From contig JAPPAR010000001.1 in the NCBI GenBank assembly GCA_026705445.1, positions 8,030 to 72,029 of the forward strand: a stretch of DNA of 64,000 nucleotides, read 5' to 3'. Both the position numbers and the translations under genes were made by a program. Each line of letters starts with the position of its first letter. The first letter of the stretch is position 1. This document shows positions 19,251 through 29,550 of the stretch, piece after piece. The DNA comes from Candidatus Dadabacteria bacterium (GTDB taxonomy: Bacteria; Desulfobacterota_D; UBA1144; Nemesobacterales; Nemesobacteraceae). Under the pieces are notes generated by a model. The model was given only the letters and a program-made list of their open reading frames with translations. It was not told the DNA's origin and did not search any database.

Positions 19251-20234
19251 ATGGAGTTCTCAGACATAATTGAGATAATTCACCCGAGCCTCGCGGAAAC
19301 AGAGAGGAAAATCGATGAATTCATAAAATCCGACGTTCCTCTGGTCTACGAAATAGCCAAGTATCTGCTTGGCGGAGGAGGAAAGAGAATCAGGCCTTCC
19401 CTCGTTCTTCTCTCAAGCGCCGCCTGCGGGCTTACCGATGGGGAAAATCGGATTGCGGCAGCTGCCGGGATTGAACTTTTCCACGCCGGCACCCTTTTTC
19501 ACGACGATGTAGTCGATCAGGCGGAATTCAGAAGGGGGAACGCTTCTTCAAATATAGTTTGGGGGAACAAGCCCACCGTGCTGGTGGGGGATTTTATGCT
19601 GGCCCGGGGCCTTGAGCTTATATACAGCTGCGGCAGTCTTGAACTCCTGAGAGTGGTCTCCAGAGCCTCGTCTCGTCTTGCCGAGGGCCATGTGCTCGAG
19701 ATTATGAGCGAAAGAAAGATGGTTGAAATCTCGGAGGACTTCTGTTTTTCCGTGATTGACCACAAAACGGCCGCGCTCATTGAATGCTCGACCGAGACCG
19801 GAGCGCTTCTGGCGAATACTTCAAACGGAGCGGTCAGGGCTCTTTCACACTACGGGCACAACATAGGAATAGCGTTTCAGCTTATAGACGATGCGCTTGA
19901 CTACTGTTCTGAAGAGAACAAGTTCGGGAAAAAAACCGGACAGGACCTGGCTGAACGGAAAATGACCCTCCCGCTTTACTACTCAATTGAAAACGCCCCG
20001 GAAGACGTGAGACGCAAAGTGATCGAAACGCTTGACAAGGAAGATGATCTCGATAGTTCCGAGATAGCGGAGATATCGCAACTAGTAGCCCACTACCGCG
20101 GGGTCGATTTGACCAGACAGCGGGCAAAGGAGTTTGTGGTTGAAGCGAAAAAATCTCTGGACGAGATACCGCAGAACGATTATAAGGAATCCCTCGGTCG
20201 CCTTGCCGATTACGTGGCTGAGAGAAACTTCTGA
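19251..20234 (+). CDS. Polyprenyl diphosphate synthase (IspB/HepT-like trans-prenyltransferase)
   Basis: The two aspartate-rich motifs are LFHDDVVDQ (FARM) and FQLIDDALDY (SARM). Confidence 0.85.
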   Translation: MEFSDIIEIIHPSLAETERKIDEFIKSDVPLVYEIAKYLLGGGGKRIRPSLVLLSSAACGLTDGENRIAAAAGIELFHAGTLFHDDVVDQAEFRRGNASSNIVWGNKPTVLVGDFMLARGLELIYSCGSLELLRVVSRASSRLAEGHVLEIMSERKMVEISEDFCFSVIDHKTAALIECSTETGALLANTSNGAVRALSHYGHNIGIAFQLIDDALDYCSEENKFGKKTGQDLAERKMTLPLYYSIENAPEDVRRKVIETLDKEDDLDSSEIAEISQLVAHYRGVDLTRQRAKEFVVEAKKSLDEIPQNDYKESLGRLADYVAERNF

Positions 20235-20683
20235 TAGTAGCTGTCAAGCGCAAGACCCATCACGTAGGCGTCCCCTCTCCCCCTGCCATAGTAGTTCTTG
20301 CGTGTTCTAAGAATCTCAAACCCGAGCTTTTCATAAAGCATGATTGCCGGCGTGTTTGTCGTTCTTACCTCGAGAATAACCGAGAGAGCCCCCATTTTTT
20401 CATAAAAATTGAAGGTGTCTGAGAGCAGTTCAATCGCTACTCCCTTTCTCCTGTGGCAGGATGCCACGGCAATCTTGAATACGTGAATTTCGTCGTAGAC
20501 AAGGGTGGATATTGAGTAGCCCGCAACGTCTTCGTCGCTTCCGTTTATGGCTATATTGCAGAAGAATCCGGATTTTTTGATGTAATCCGAGAGCACTTGT
20601 TTCGGCCACGGGGAGATGAAGGATTCGTTTTCGATCTTCACGATCTCGTTTATATATTTCGGTGAGAGGGCCTTTATGATCAT
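20210..20683 (-). CDS. GNAT N-acetyltransferase (RimI-like)
   Basis: 157 aa with an acetyl-CoA-binding motif (HRRKGVAIELL). It is the last gene of the mutA-mutB-meaB operon, joined by 4-nt overlaps. Confidence 0.65.
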   Translation of the reverse strand: MIIKALSPKYINEIVKIENESFISPWPKQVLSDYIKKSGFFCNIAINGSDEDVAGYSISTLVYDEIHVFKIAVASCHRRKGVAIELLSDTFNFYEKMGALSVILEVRTTNTPAIMLYEKLGFEILRTRKNYYGRGRGDAYVMGLALDSYYQKFLSAT

Positions 20684-21705
20684 TTTTCTTGTGCCGACCG
20701 AGGTGGACGAAGCTCTTCAAAATAAAGATCGAGCAGATTCGCGGCTCCCGTGTAGGGATCTGTTTTTCCTTCCATCACTTCTTTTTCCACTTCGCCGAGC
20801 GTTTCTTTGACGAGGGAGCTTTCATAAAAGCTGTCCTCAAGATTCTGGATGAGCGCTTCATGCAGGCGGTATATACCCTGTTTTCTTCTTTTTTCCGTAA
20901 AGTATCCGTTTTCTCTGCAGAGATCTTCATAGTCCATGACGCACTGCCAGATTTTCCTTATTCCGTAACCCGTAACGGAGGAGCAGGCGTAAGCCCTGGG
21001 GACCCACCCGGATTCAGGCGGTCTGTGGAATCCCAGCGACTCTTCCATTTCCTGTTTCATAAGCTCCGCTTTTTTCTTGTTTCTCCCGTCCGCCTTGGTT
21101 ATCAATACGGCGTCGGCGCGCTCGATTATTCCCTTTTTTATTCCCTGAATATCGTCTCCCGCCCCGGTAATCATGAGCAGCATGAAAAAATCGACCATGG
21201 AGTGACAGGTAATTTCAGACTGCCCGACTCCCACCGTTTCTATAAAGATCGTGTCGAATCCTGCCGCCTCGCAGAGAATCACAGCGTCGCTTGTCTTTTT
21301 TGCGACTCCCCCCAGAGAACCGGCCGACGGAGAGGGCCTTATGTAGACGTTTTCATGCCGGGAAAGCTCCTCCATCCTGAGTTTGTCGCCCAAAACGCTT
21401 CCCCCGGTTTCGCTGCTCGTGGGATCGATTGCGAGCACCGCTATCTTTTTTCCGCACTCGCGGGCCAGATAGAGACCCAGAGATTCTATGAAGCTGCTCT
21501 TTCCGACTCCGGGTATACCCGTGATTCCCACCCTTATGGATTTTCCGGACCGCGGCAGACACCATGTGATTATTTCCCGCGCAAGCTTTTTATGCTCGGG
21601 CAGGGTGCTCTCCGCAAGGGTTATCGCCCTGCTAAGAGCGGGTATTTCTCCCTTGGCTATGCCTTGGCGGTAAGTTTCCGCTTCCGTTTTTTTGTGCGGG
21701 GTCAT
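20680..21705 (-). CDS. meaB: Methylmalonyl-CoA mutase-associated GTPase MeaB (ArgK)
   Basis: P-loop GIPGVGKSS and overall MeaB layout. The gene overlaps mutB by 4 nt. Confidence 0.85.
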   Translation of the reverse strand: MTPHKKTEAETYRQGIAKGEIPALSRAITLAESTLPEHKKLAREIITWCLPRSGKSIRVGITGIPGVGKSSFIESLGLYLARECGKKIAVLAIDPTSSETGGSVLGDKLRMEELSRHENVYIRPSPSAGSLGGVAKKTSDAVILCEAAGFDTIFIETVGVGQSEITCHSMVDFFMLLMITGAGDDIQGIKKGIIERADAVLITKADGRNKKKAELMKQEMEESLGFHRPPESGWVPRAYACSSVTGYGIRKIWQCVMDYEDLCRENGYFTEKRRKQGIYRLHEALIQNLEDSFYESSLVKETLGEVEKEVMEGKTDPYTGAANLLDLYFEELRPPRSAQEK

Positions 21706-23840
21706 GTTCGGGTTTCTGTCAGGGGCACGAGTATGGCTTCGGCCGCTTCGGACAGCACGGTTCCCGGACCAAATATCTGCGAGACTCCGGCGTTCCTGAG
21801 GTAGTCGTAATCGCGTTTGGGTATAACCCCTCCTGCGACCACCATTATGTCGTCGCCTCCCATCTCGTCGAGCTTTTTTATAAGTTCGGGGATGAGTGTC
21901 TTGTGGCCGGCGGCCAGGCTCGATATTCCGATTATGTGGACATCGTTTTCAACTGCCTGCCTTGCCGCTTCTTCGGGGGTCTGAAAGAGCGGGCCTATGT
22001 CCACATCGAAACCGAGGTCAGCAAAACCCGTCGCTATTATCTTCGCCCCGCGGTCATGGCCGTCCTGGCCCATCTTTGCGACCAGTATTCTGGGTCTTCT
22101 CCCTTCCAGAGTGGCGAAACGGTCAGCAAGCTCCCTTGCCTTGGCAAATCCGGCGTCCTTCGAAATTTCCGATGAATATACTCCCGAGATCGTGCGCCAT
22201 CCAGGCCTGTATCTCCCCCATGCCTCCTCGCACGCGTCCGATATTTCTCCGAGGGTGGCGTTTTCCCTTGCGGCCTCAACCGCCAGGGAGAGAAGGTTGC
22301 CTTGCTCCGTTTCTGCGCATTCAGTGATTTTCCGAAGCGCGCGCTCAACCGCCTCGGAATCCCTTTTTTCTTTCAGTTTCCCTAGTCTTTTAATCTGGTT
22401 CTCCCTCACCTTGCGGTTATCCACTTCCAGTATATCGAATTCTTCCTGCGCGTCCGAATTATAACTGTTGACTCCTACTATCACGTCTTTTCCCGAGTCT
22501 ATCCTCGCCTGTTTTCGTGCCGCCGCTTCCTCTATCCTCATTTTCGGCAAACCGGTCTCTATGGCTTTGGACATTCCTCCCAGCTCTTCTATTTCCATTA
22601 TGAGTTCCCAGGCCCTTCTCGCCAGATTATGGGTAAGGTACTCGACATAGTAGGACCCCGCCCAGGGATCGATCAACCTGCATACATCCGTTTCTTTCTG
22701 AAGATAAAGCTGGGTGTTTCTCGCTATCCTGGCGGAAAAGTCGGTGGGAAGGGCGATTGCTTCATCCAGGGCGTTTGTGTGGAGTGACTGGGTGCCGCCG
22801 AGCACCGCGCTTAGGGCTTCAACGCATGTCCTCGTCACGTTGTTAAACGGATCCTGCTCCGTGAGGCTCCATCCCGAAGTCTGGCAGTGGGTTCTGAGCA
22901 TGAGCGAAGCCGGTTTTTTGGGCTCAAAGGTCTTGACGATCTTGGCCCAGAGCATCCTCGCCGCCCTCATTTTTGCGATTTCCATGAAATGGTCCATGCC
23001 TATTCCCCAGAAGAAGGAAATTCTGGGAGCGAAATCGTCAATGTTGAGTCCCGCCTCGACTCCCGCCCTTAAATACTCAAGGCCGTCGGCGAGCGTGTAG
23101 GCAAGCTCTATGTCCGACGTGGCACCTGCTTCTTCCATGTGGTAGCCGCTTACGCTTATCGAATTGAACTTCGGCATGTTTTTCGATGTATATTCGAAAA
23201 TGTCCGAGACTATCTTCATCGAGAATTCAGGCGGGTAAATGTAGGTGTTCCTTACCATGAACTCCTTTAGTATGTCGTTTTGGATCGTTCCGCTGAGTTT
23301 TTCCGGTCCCACTCCCTGCCGCTCCGCAACGACTATGTAGAAAGCCATGATCGGCAGAACCGCGCCGTTCATGGTCATGGAAACCGAGATCTGATCAAGG
23401 GGTATTCGATCGAGAAGAATCTCCATGTCGAGTACCGAATCTATTGCTACGCCTGCCTTTCCAACGTCTCCCGAAACTCTGGGATGGTCTGAGTCGTATC
23501 CCCTGTGAGTGGGAAGATCAAAGGCTATTGAAAGCCCTTTCTGCCCCGCGGCCAGATTTCTTCTGTAGAAAGCGTTTGATTCCTCCGCGGTGGAGAATCC
23601 CGCGTACTGTCTGATGGTCCAGGGTCTCGTGATGTACATGGTCGGGTAGGGTCCGCGGAGGTAGGGCGGAATTCCGGAGACAAATCCCAGGTGTTCGGAA
23701 TCACTGAGGTCGTTTGGGACATAAAACTCCTTTATGTCTATTTTCTCCGGTGATTCCCTTACGATATTTCCGCTTGCACGTGCGTTGCTGCCGCCGTTTG
23801 AACCGAAGCCGAGGTTTATTTTCGAAAAATCAGGTCTCAT
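21702..23840 (-). CDS. mutB: Methylmalonyl-CoA mutase large (catalytic) subunit with a C-terminal B12-binding domain
   Basis: 712 aa. The N-terminal substrate barrel is followed by a C-terminal B12-binding module ([26 protein letters not shown]). Confidence 0.9.
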   Translation of the reverse strand: MRPDFSKINLGFGSNGGSNARASGNIVRESPEKIDIKEFYVPNDLSDSEHLGFVSGIPPYLRGPYPTMYITRPWTIRQYAGFSTAEESNAFYRRNLAAGQKGLSIAFDLPTHRGYDSDHPRVSGDVGKAGVAIDSVLDMEILLDRIPLDQISVSMTMNGAVLPIMAFYIVVAERQGVGPEKLSGTIQNDILKEFMVRNTYIYPPEFSMKIVSDIFEYTSKNMPKFNSISVSGYHMEEAGATSDIELAYTLADGLEYLRAGVEAGLNIDDFAPRISFFWGIGMDHFMEIAKMRAARMLWAKIVKTFEPKKPASLMLRTHCQTSGWSLTEQDPFNNVTRTCVEALSAVLGGTQSLHTNALDEAIALPTDFSARIARNTQLYLQKETDVCRLIDPWAGSYYVEYLTHNLARRAWELIMEIEELGGMSKAIETGLPKMRIEEAAARKQARIDSGKDVIVGVNSYNSDAQEEFDILEVDNRKVRENQIKRLGKLKEKRDSEAVERALRKITECAETEQGNLLSLAVEAARENATLGEISDACEEAWGRYRPGWRTISGVYSSEISKDAGFAKARELADRFATLEGRRPRILVAKMGQDGHDRGAKIIATGFADLGFDVDIGPLFQTPEEAARQAVENDVHIIGISSLAAGHKTLIPELIKKLDEMGGDDIMVVAGGVIPKRDYDYLRNAGVSQIFGPGTVLSEAAEAILVPLTETRT

Positions 23841-25744
23841 GGTCCTGCCTCGTCTGAGAAAAGCAGCTCCTGGTATCTTTCAAGCGTGTCGCGGACATCC
23901 GAATCCGCATTGATAAAATCATCCACACCTGCCTCGGCGAGCCTTTCCCATTCGCCTTGTCCGCCGCCCGGAACGACAATTTTTATTTCCGCTCCCTTGT
24001 CCCTGAGTTTCATTGCGGTCTCCTCTGCAAACTGCTCGTAATCTTTGTCGGAACCGCAAATCGCTACCGCAAGCGGATTCTCGCGCAAGGCTGCCGCAAT
24101 TCCCTCGTCAATGCCCGGATTGTCCGCTCCGTCTACTATTGAGAAACCCCCGCACCCGAAGAAATTCATCGAAAAAACCGATCTTGCGACTGTCTGCGGC
24201 GAATCGCTCAGGTGAAGCAGGAAAACTTTTGGCGCCTCGCCTGTTCTCTCCGCGTATTCTTCGCTTAGAAGCCTTATTTTCTCAAAAACTTGAGCTGCCC
24301 TTGATTCCGTAAGAAGCGCTACCGTCGGAGCCGAACCGTTTTTCTCTTTTTCCGCGGGCAGGGTTTTCCGGATATCTCCCGCCATTTTTTCCAGCAGGTT
24401 GGGAAACTCGTTTGTTCCGACAAGCGTTTTTTTCCTCCGGGAGATGTCGCTCAGGGCTTTTTTTCTGCTGTCCTCGACCGCGTTCTGTATGAAGCCGCTT
24501 TTAAGGCACTCAAAGTAGCCGCCTTTTTTTTCTATTTCTTGGAACAGCTCGAGGGATTTCTGCGAAATGGACTGTGTCAGTTTCTCTATGTGGTAGGAGC
24601 CGCCTCCGGGGTCAGTCACCGCGTCGAGGTGGGATTCGTTTCTTGCCAGAAGCTGAATGTTCCTCGCCACTCTCCTTGATAACCCGTCGGGTTCTCTGTA
24701 GTGGGCATCAAACGGCTGAACGGTCAGGGAATCCGTCCCCCCGATTACAGACGCCATGGCTTCAAGCGCTGTCCGCAATATGTTTGTGTGCGGGTCGTAA
24801 ATGGTTTTGTTGAAGCCCGTGGTGTGGCAATGGATCCTCATTTTCGTGGATTTGGCGGAGGCGGGGCAAAACTGCTGGGCGACGTTTGCCCAGAGCGCCC
24901 TTGCGGCGCGAAGCTTGGCGATTTCCGCAAAGTAGCTCGAGCCCGTGGAGAAGGAAAAAACAAGGTGGCGGCAGGCGCTGTCTGAATCAACGCCTTTTTG
25001 GCGGAGCATGACCAGATACTCGACGGCCGCGGCGATGGTGAAGGCGAGTTCCTGGCTTATAGTTGCGCCTGAGTCTTTAAATGTCGAGCTTTTCACCGAA
25101 AACGCCGCGTAGCCGGGCGCGGCGTCTGAGAGATATCCGATAGCTTTTGCGATTTTATCCACAGCCTCATCAAGCGGCGTTGCAGAGGATTCGTATCCAA
25201 GCAGATGCGATAGAGGGTCGAAGAACATGGCTCCGCTGAGTTCCTGCGTGTCGATTTCTTTCCTGGCGCAGGAGGAAATGAAAAGGGTGCAGATCTTTTC
25301 CGGATCCTCTCTCAAGGCGAAGTTTATGCCGATGCGCAGGGGGTCTATGTCTTTTAGGAGAGTCTCGATGGTTTTGCGTTTCATTTCCGCCTGCGGGATG
25401 AAGGTGAGAGAATCCGCTCCGCCCTCTATTGCCGCAAGCGCCGCGGCTCCAGTCTCTTTCGGCGTGGTGAGCCTTATCTCTTCTGTAAGGAGCCAGCTGT
25501 TATCTTTTTCGCTGGTTCCCCGGACAAACGGAAATTCTCCCGGAAGCGGGGTTTCCCCCAAGAAAAGGTCCCTGGCTTCTTCTTCGGTGTAGAAGGGTTC
25601 AACCTCTATGCCGTCTTCGGTATGCCATATGAGATCTTTATAGGAAACTCTTTTTTCGGTTTCTTTTTTCCAGCTTTCTTTAGAGATGCTTGGAAAATCA
25701 TCGAAAAGAAGGACCTGCTCATGTTCTTTTTCTGTTTTGCTCAT
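23837..25744 (-). CDS. mutA: Methylmalonyl-CoA mutase small (beta) subunit
   Basis: 635-aa MCM-family protein lacking the catalytic B12 His motif. It lies upstream of mutB and is coupled to it by a 4-nt overlap. Confidence 0.75.
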   Translation of the reverse strand: MSKTEKEHEQVLLFDDFPSISKESWKKETEKRVSYKDLIWHTEDGIEVEPFYTEEEARDLFLGETPLPGEFPFVRGTSEKDNSWLLTEEIRLTTPKETGAAALAAIEGGADSLTFIPQAEMKRKTIETLLKDIDPLRIGINFALREDPEKICTLFISSCARKEIDTQELSGAMFFDPLSHLLGYESSATPLDEAVDKIAKAIGYLSDAAPGYAAFSVKSSTFKDSGATISQELAFTIAAAVEYLVMLRQKGVDSDSACRHLVFSFSTGSSYFAEIAKLRAARALWANVAQQFCPASAKSTKMRIHCHTTGFNKTIYDPHTNILRTALEAMASVIGGTDSLTVQPFDAHYREPDGLSRRVARNIQLLARNESHLDAVTDPGGGSYHIEKLTQSISQKSLELFQEIEKKGGYFECLKSGFIQNAVEDSRKKALSDISRRKKTLVGTNEFPNLLEKMAGDIRKTLPAEKEKNGSAPTVALLTESRAAQVFEKIRLLSEEYAERTGEAPKVFLLHLSDSPQTVARSVFSMNFFGCGGFSIVDGADNPGIDEGIAAALRENPLAVAICGSDKDYEQFAEETAMKLRDKGAEIKIVVPGGGQGEWERLAEAGVDDFINADSDVRDTLERYQELLFSDEAGP

Positions 25745-25911
25745 GAAAGCGCCTTTGCTCTCCTAGTTCTCGGGTGAATAAGTATATAATTTCGATTTAT
25801 TTCTGCCAACATGCTGAAACCATTTAATTTACCGTTTTCTCTACCCGTTGTTCGGAACGGGTCCGGTCGGAGAAATTGTTATTTGTTTTTTTCGACTTTA
25901 ATATTAAGGGA

Positions 25912-26586
25912 ATGTCTGGAAAAGCGGTTGTCATGGTCTCTGGAGGCGTGGACAGTTCTACTCTCTGCTATAAGGCGGTTCGGGAAGGGTACGAAGTCTT
26001 TCCTCTTACCTTTATCTACGGACAGAAACACGAAAGAGAGGTCCGTTCCTCAGAAAATGTATGCCGGCATCTGGGGCTTTCTCCCAACATAATTGACCTT
26101 TCTTCCGTAAGGACTCTTTTCGGCGCCTCTGCGCTTACCGACCGGGACGTCGAGATTCCCAGGGTTTCCGCGACGGCGCGCAATTACGAGACCCTATCGG
26201 CAACAGTCGTTCCGAACCGAAACGCCATCTTTCTCTCCCTTTCGGTTGCCTATTCACAGGGTATCGGCTGCGACACTGTGTTCTACGGCGCGCATCATTC
26301 CGACAGGGGTGTGTATCCCGACTGCCGAGCGGAGTTCGTTTCGGCTTTCGAGAAAGCGGAGAGACTCGCGACTGACAACGAACGCCTCACCATAATTGCC
26401 CCGTTTATAGATATGGACAAGTCGGGGATAGTCAGACTCGGTGCGCGTCTCGGGGTTCCTTTCGAAGATACGTGGTCGTGCTACGTGGGTTCCCGTATGC
26501 ACTGCGGCACCTGCAGTTCGTGCAGGGAGAGAAAAAGGGCCTTTATCGAAGCGGATGTGGATGATCCGACGGAATATGAGGCGTAA
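25912..26586 (+). CDS. queC: 7-cyano-7-deazaguanine synthase
   Basis: PP-loop SGGVDSST and a C-terminal zinc-binding CxxC...CxxC region (CGTCSSC). The ATG at 25912 is preferred to the frame start at 25876. Confidence 0.9.
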   Translation: MSGKAVVMVSGGVDSSTLCYKAVREGYEVFPLTFIYGQKHEREVRSSENVCRHLGLSPNIIDLSSVRTLFGASALTDRDVEIPRVSATARNYETLSATVVPNRNAIFLSLSVAYSQGIGCDTVFYGAHHSDRGVYPDCRAEFVSAFEKAERLATDNERLTIIAPFIDMDKSGIVRLGARLGVPFEDTWSCYVGSRMHCGTCSSCRERKRAFIEADVDDPTEYEA

Positions 26587-26591
26587 CTGCG

Positions 26592-27233
26592 ATGAAGGTA
26601 AGTGAAATTTTCTTTTCAATACAGGGTGAAGGAATCCATATTGGGCTGCCGACGGTCTTTCTCAGGCTTTTTGCCTGTGATCTCAGATGCAGTTGGTGCG
26701 ACACCATGTACGCCGTGGAGGGGAATGACTTCCGGGAGATGGAAACAAGCGAGGTCCTGAGCAAGGTTCTTGAATACGGATGCTCCCGCGTCTGCATAAC
26801 TGGCGGGGAGCCGCTTATTCAGCGGGATGCCGTGGAGGAGGTAACGGAATTTCTGCTCGAGAGGGATTTTGTGGTAGTGCTTGAAACAAGCGGACACAAG
26901 AAACCTCCTGGGATTTTCTCCCATCCCAATTCGGTCGTGAGCATGGACTGCAAGTGTCCCGGTTCGGGCATGGACTCCAGGATGGATTTCTCCCTCTACG
27001 ACGCCTTGGGGGAGAAGGACCAGCTTAAGTTCGTAATAGCCGATAATGCTGACTACGAGTACGCGAGGAGTATTGTAGCCGAGCATCATATCAGCGCTTC
27101 AATCATATTCCAGCCCGTTTACGGTACAAAAGCGGACTGGATAGCCGAGAGAGTCCTGCGCGACGGCATGGAGAACGTAAGAGTGCTTCCGCAGCTTCAC
27201 AAAATATTCTGGGGAGAAAAAAGGGGAGTCTGA
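26592..27233 (+). CDS. queE: 7-carboxy-7-deazaguanine synthase (radical SAM)
   Basis: Characteristic N-terminus EIFFSIQGEGIHIGLPTVFLRLFACDLRCSWCDT. Confidence 0.9.
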   Translation: MKVSEIFFSIQGEGIHIGLPTVFLRLFACDLRCSWCDTMYAVEGNDFREMETSEVLSKVLEYGCSRVCITGGEPLIQRDAVEEVTEFLLERDFVVVLETSGHKKPPGIFSHPNSVVSMDCKCPGSGMDSRMDFSLYDALGEKDQLKFVIADNADYEYARSIVAEHHISASIIFQPVYGTKADWIAERVLRDGMENVRVLPQLHKIFWGEKRGV

Positions 27234-27330
27234 CCTCTTCCGTCGTTTTAAAACTTTCCCGGTCGGGTTTTTATTTTTTTTAATTTTCTTGTTGTTATTA
27301 TGTTAGAATTCAGGGTATAAAGAGTAAGTC

Positions 27331-28230
27331 GTGCGGACGGGTCAAGAGCCGAGGAGAGAGATGATGGAAGAGCATATAGAAGATTACAATTACGAGCCTT
27401 TTGCCGATACCAAGGAGTACAGGAAGGTAAACGGCGATATGACCAGAAGCTGGATTCAGATAATGGTTGAAAGAGGGGTGGAGAGTCTCGACAGGTTCCT
27501 TGACATCGCTACAGGCGCGGGCACCATGGCACAGCTTTTTTTCGAAATGCTTCCCGCAAATCTGAAAGAGTCGGCGGTGTTCTGCCTTGATCAGTCGGCA
27601 GGTGCTCTTAAACTTACCAAGCGCAGGCTTGAGAAAGAGATTGACAAGCTGACTCTTATCAATTCCTCAATACAGGAACTTGATCTGCCTCCGAAAAGTC
27701 TTGATGTGGCCATATGGGGCAACGGCATACATTATCTCGACGAAGAGGAACAACTTAAGAGCCTCAAAGCGATCAAGAAAGCGCTTAAGCCCGGGGGCTG
27801 GTTTTTTTTCAATACCTCTTTTTACGAAGGGGCAAGACCCGAGGAAACCATACCTTTCTACAGAACCCAGGTGAGAAACGCCGTCCAGTTCCTGAGAAAA
27901 CAAGGAGTGAAAAGAGTAGAGATCGAGGGGAAAGCCGAAGCCGCGAAGTTTCACCCCCGCTCCTACTATGAAGAACTCGTGGGCAAGGTGGGATTTGACC
28001 TTGTTGACGCTCAGGAATTCGCCGCCGATCTTACGAAAGAAGCATGGGAGTACATAAGTTCTTTCCAGCAATATGCCGCCGGCGCCCTTCACGGCTATCC
28101 GGATGAGGCCGTTTCCGATGCTATGAAAAACGCCGTTGAGCCGGCAATTCTTCTCCACGGGGAAGTGAATGAGGACGGGGACCACTTTGTTACCAGGAAG
28201 TGGCTTTCCATAAGCGCACGACGGGCGTGA
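27331..28230 (+). CDS. Class I SAM-dependent methyltransferase
   Basis: Motif I LDIATGAGTMA and post-I acidic residues. 299 aa. Confidence 0.65.
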   Translation: MRTGQEPRREMMEEHIEDYNYEPFADTKEYRKVNGDMTRSWIQIMVERGVESLDRFLDIATGAGTMAQLFFEMLPANLKESAVFCLDQSAGALKLTKRRLEKEIDKLTLINSSIQELDLPPKSLDVAIWGNGIHYLDEEEQLKSLKAIKKALKPGGWFFFNTSFYEGARPEETIPFYRTQVRNAVQFLRKQGVKRVEIEGKAEAAKFHPRSYYEELVGKVGFDLVDAQEFAADLTKEAWEYISSFQQYAAGALHGYPDEAVSDAMKNAVEPAILLHGEVNEDGDHFVTRKWLSISARRA

Positions 28231-28248
28231 TTTTCCGCCGGGGGAACC

Positions 28249-28566
28249 TTATTCGCCCGAAACGCTGTTTTTCCTTAAAAAATCGAAGGTATAGAATCCG
28301 GTTTCACACCAGTTCTCGCCTATGAACCTTATGGCGTAATTCCCTACGTACTCTATCCTCTCCGGCATCATGCTGCTTTTTCCGAGGGGTATCCGTTTTT
28401 TAAACGGAAGTTTTCCGGTTCTGCTCTTTTTCCTGAGCCTCCTGCAGGTGGCGCAGGGACAGATCTCTCTGAGCTCGTCGTAAAAGAATATGCTTTCTTC
28501 ACCGTTGTCCCAGACGATCTGAAGAGCTTTTTCGGTAAATTCGTTTATTTCCTTAGGTTTTGTACC
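28249..28566 (-). CDS. DUF971-family small protein (gamma-butyrobetaine hydroxylase-like N-terminal domain)
   Basis: C-terminal VWDNGEESIFFYDELREICPCATC matches the DUF971 W-D-G-H...CPCA(E/T)C signature. The ORF table's long 5' extension carries no similarity, so a probable GTG start near 28566 is chosen. Confidence 0.45.
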   Translation of the reverse strand, partial: GTKPKEINEFTEKALQIVWDNGEESIFFYDELREICPCATCRRLRKKSRTGKLPFKKRIPLGKSSMMPERIEYVGNYAIRFIGENWCETGFYTFDFLRKNSVSGE

Positions 28567-28748
28567 CACGACACGATATTTTACCCGCCCGCAGAACTGC
28601 AATCGATTTAATTGTGTTGTGGAGAGGTTTTTCCGCCGGGTTTTGACGGGATGAGAAGAGCTTTTAGCATCCTGAATTCGCCCGGTATCGAGCGGGTTGC
28701 GATCAATTTGCGGACAGTTAACGCAAGCGGTTATAATCAAAACTTGAA

Positions 28749-29513
28749 ATGAGCGAGCAGGAACAGGATGCGCTCTCGGCAACGGTCAAGTGGATCCGGG
28801 AAGCCTCTCAGGTAGTTTTTCTAACGGGAGTTGAACTTTCTCTTGAAGTCGGACTGCCTGACGTTTCGGATCTGAGCTTCAATCCTGACATAGGGAAATT
28901 CAAGAATCGCCCGGAGGTAAGGAGAGAGTACTGGGAAAAGATAAAGGATTTTTATCCCAGAATCTCGGAAGCCAGGCCCTCTCCCGCCCACGAAGCCATT
29001 TACGAGATGGAGTTTCTCTGCAACGTTGACTGCGTTCTTACCCAAGCGGCCGACGGCCTGCACAACAAAACCGGCAGCGAAAAAATAATAGAGATATACT
29101 CGACGATAAACTGGATCCACTGCCATGAATGCGGAAACGATTACCGCACTGATGGAATACTGCTTGGCCTTGAGGACAGCAAGACCGGCATTCCGAAATG
29201 CAAGGAATGCCGGAGCGATCAGATGAAACCTCCGCTGTCCTTCCCGGGACAGCCGCTTCCTCACTGGGAGATAAGGGAGTCCTGGATGAGGCTTCAGCAC
29301 TGCGATCTTTTCATAGTCGTCGGGGCGAATCTGGAGATCGAGCCCGTGGCTTCTTTTCCCTTCCAGGTCATGAACAAGGGGAACAAGGTGGTTATTATCG
29401 GCGAGAGGGAAACCCCGGCCGACGACTACGTAAGTGCCGTCATATACGGAAGCCCGAGCCGAGTCATGCCTTACATAGTTGATAAACTCAAGGAAACCCA
29501 TACGGTCTCCTGA
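28749..29513 (+). CDS. SIR2-family (sirtuin-like) protein with non-canonical NAD-binding and catalytic residues
   Basis: The zinc ribbon CHEC...CKEC and the overall sirtuin layout are retained. GAGIS is replaced by GVELS, QNID by QAAD, the catalytic HG by YS, and GTS by GAN. Confidence 0.55.
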   Translation: MSEQEQDALSATVKWIREASQVVFLTGVELSLEVGLPDVSDLSFNPDIGKFKNRPEVRREYWEKIKDFYPRISEARPSPAHEAIYEMEFLCNVDCVLTQAADGLHNKTGSEKIIEIYSTINWIHCHECGNDYRTDGILLGLEDSKTGIPKCKECRSDQMKPPLSFPGQPLPHWEIRESWMRLQHCDLFIVVGANLEIEPVASFPFQVMNKGNKVVIIGERETPADDYVSAVIYGSPSRVMPYIVDKLKETHTVS

Positions 29514-29550
29514 ACCCCGGGAGCCATAGGAGGGGAGCGGGAGAGCAGTC

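Noticed and set aside
25844-25861. Hairpin (CCCGTT-gttcgg-AACGGG) upstream of queC as a possible preQ1 riboswitch
   Set aside because: It does not match the preQ1-I or preQ1-II aptamer consensus. There is no A-rich pseudoknot tail and no conserved loop.
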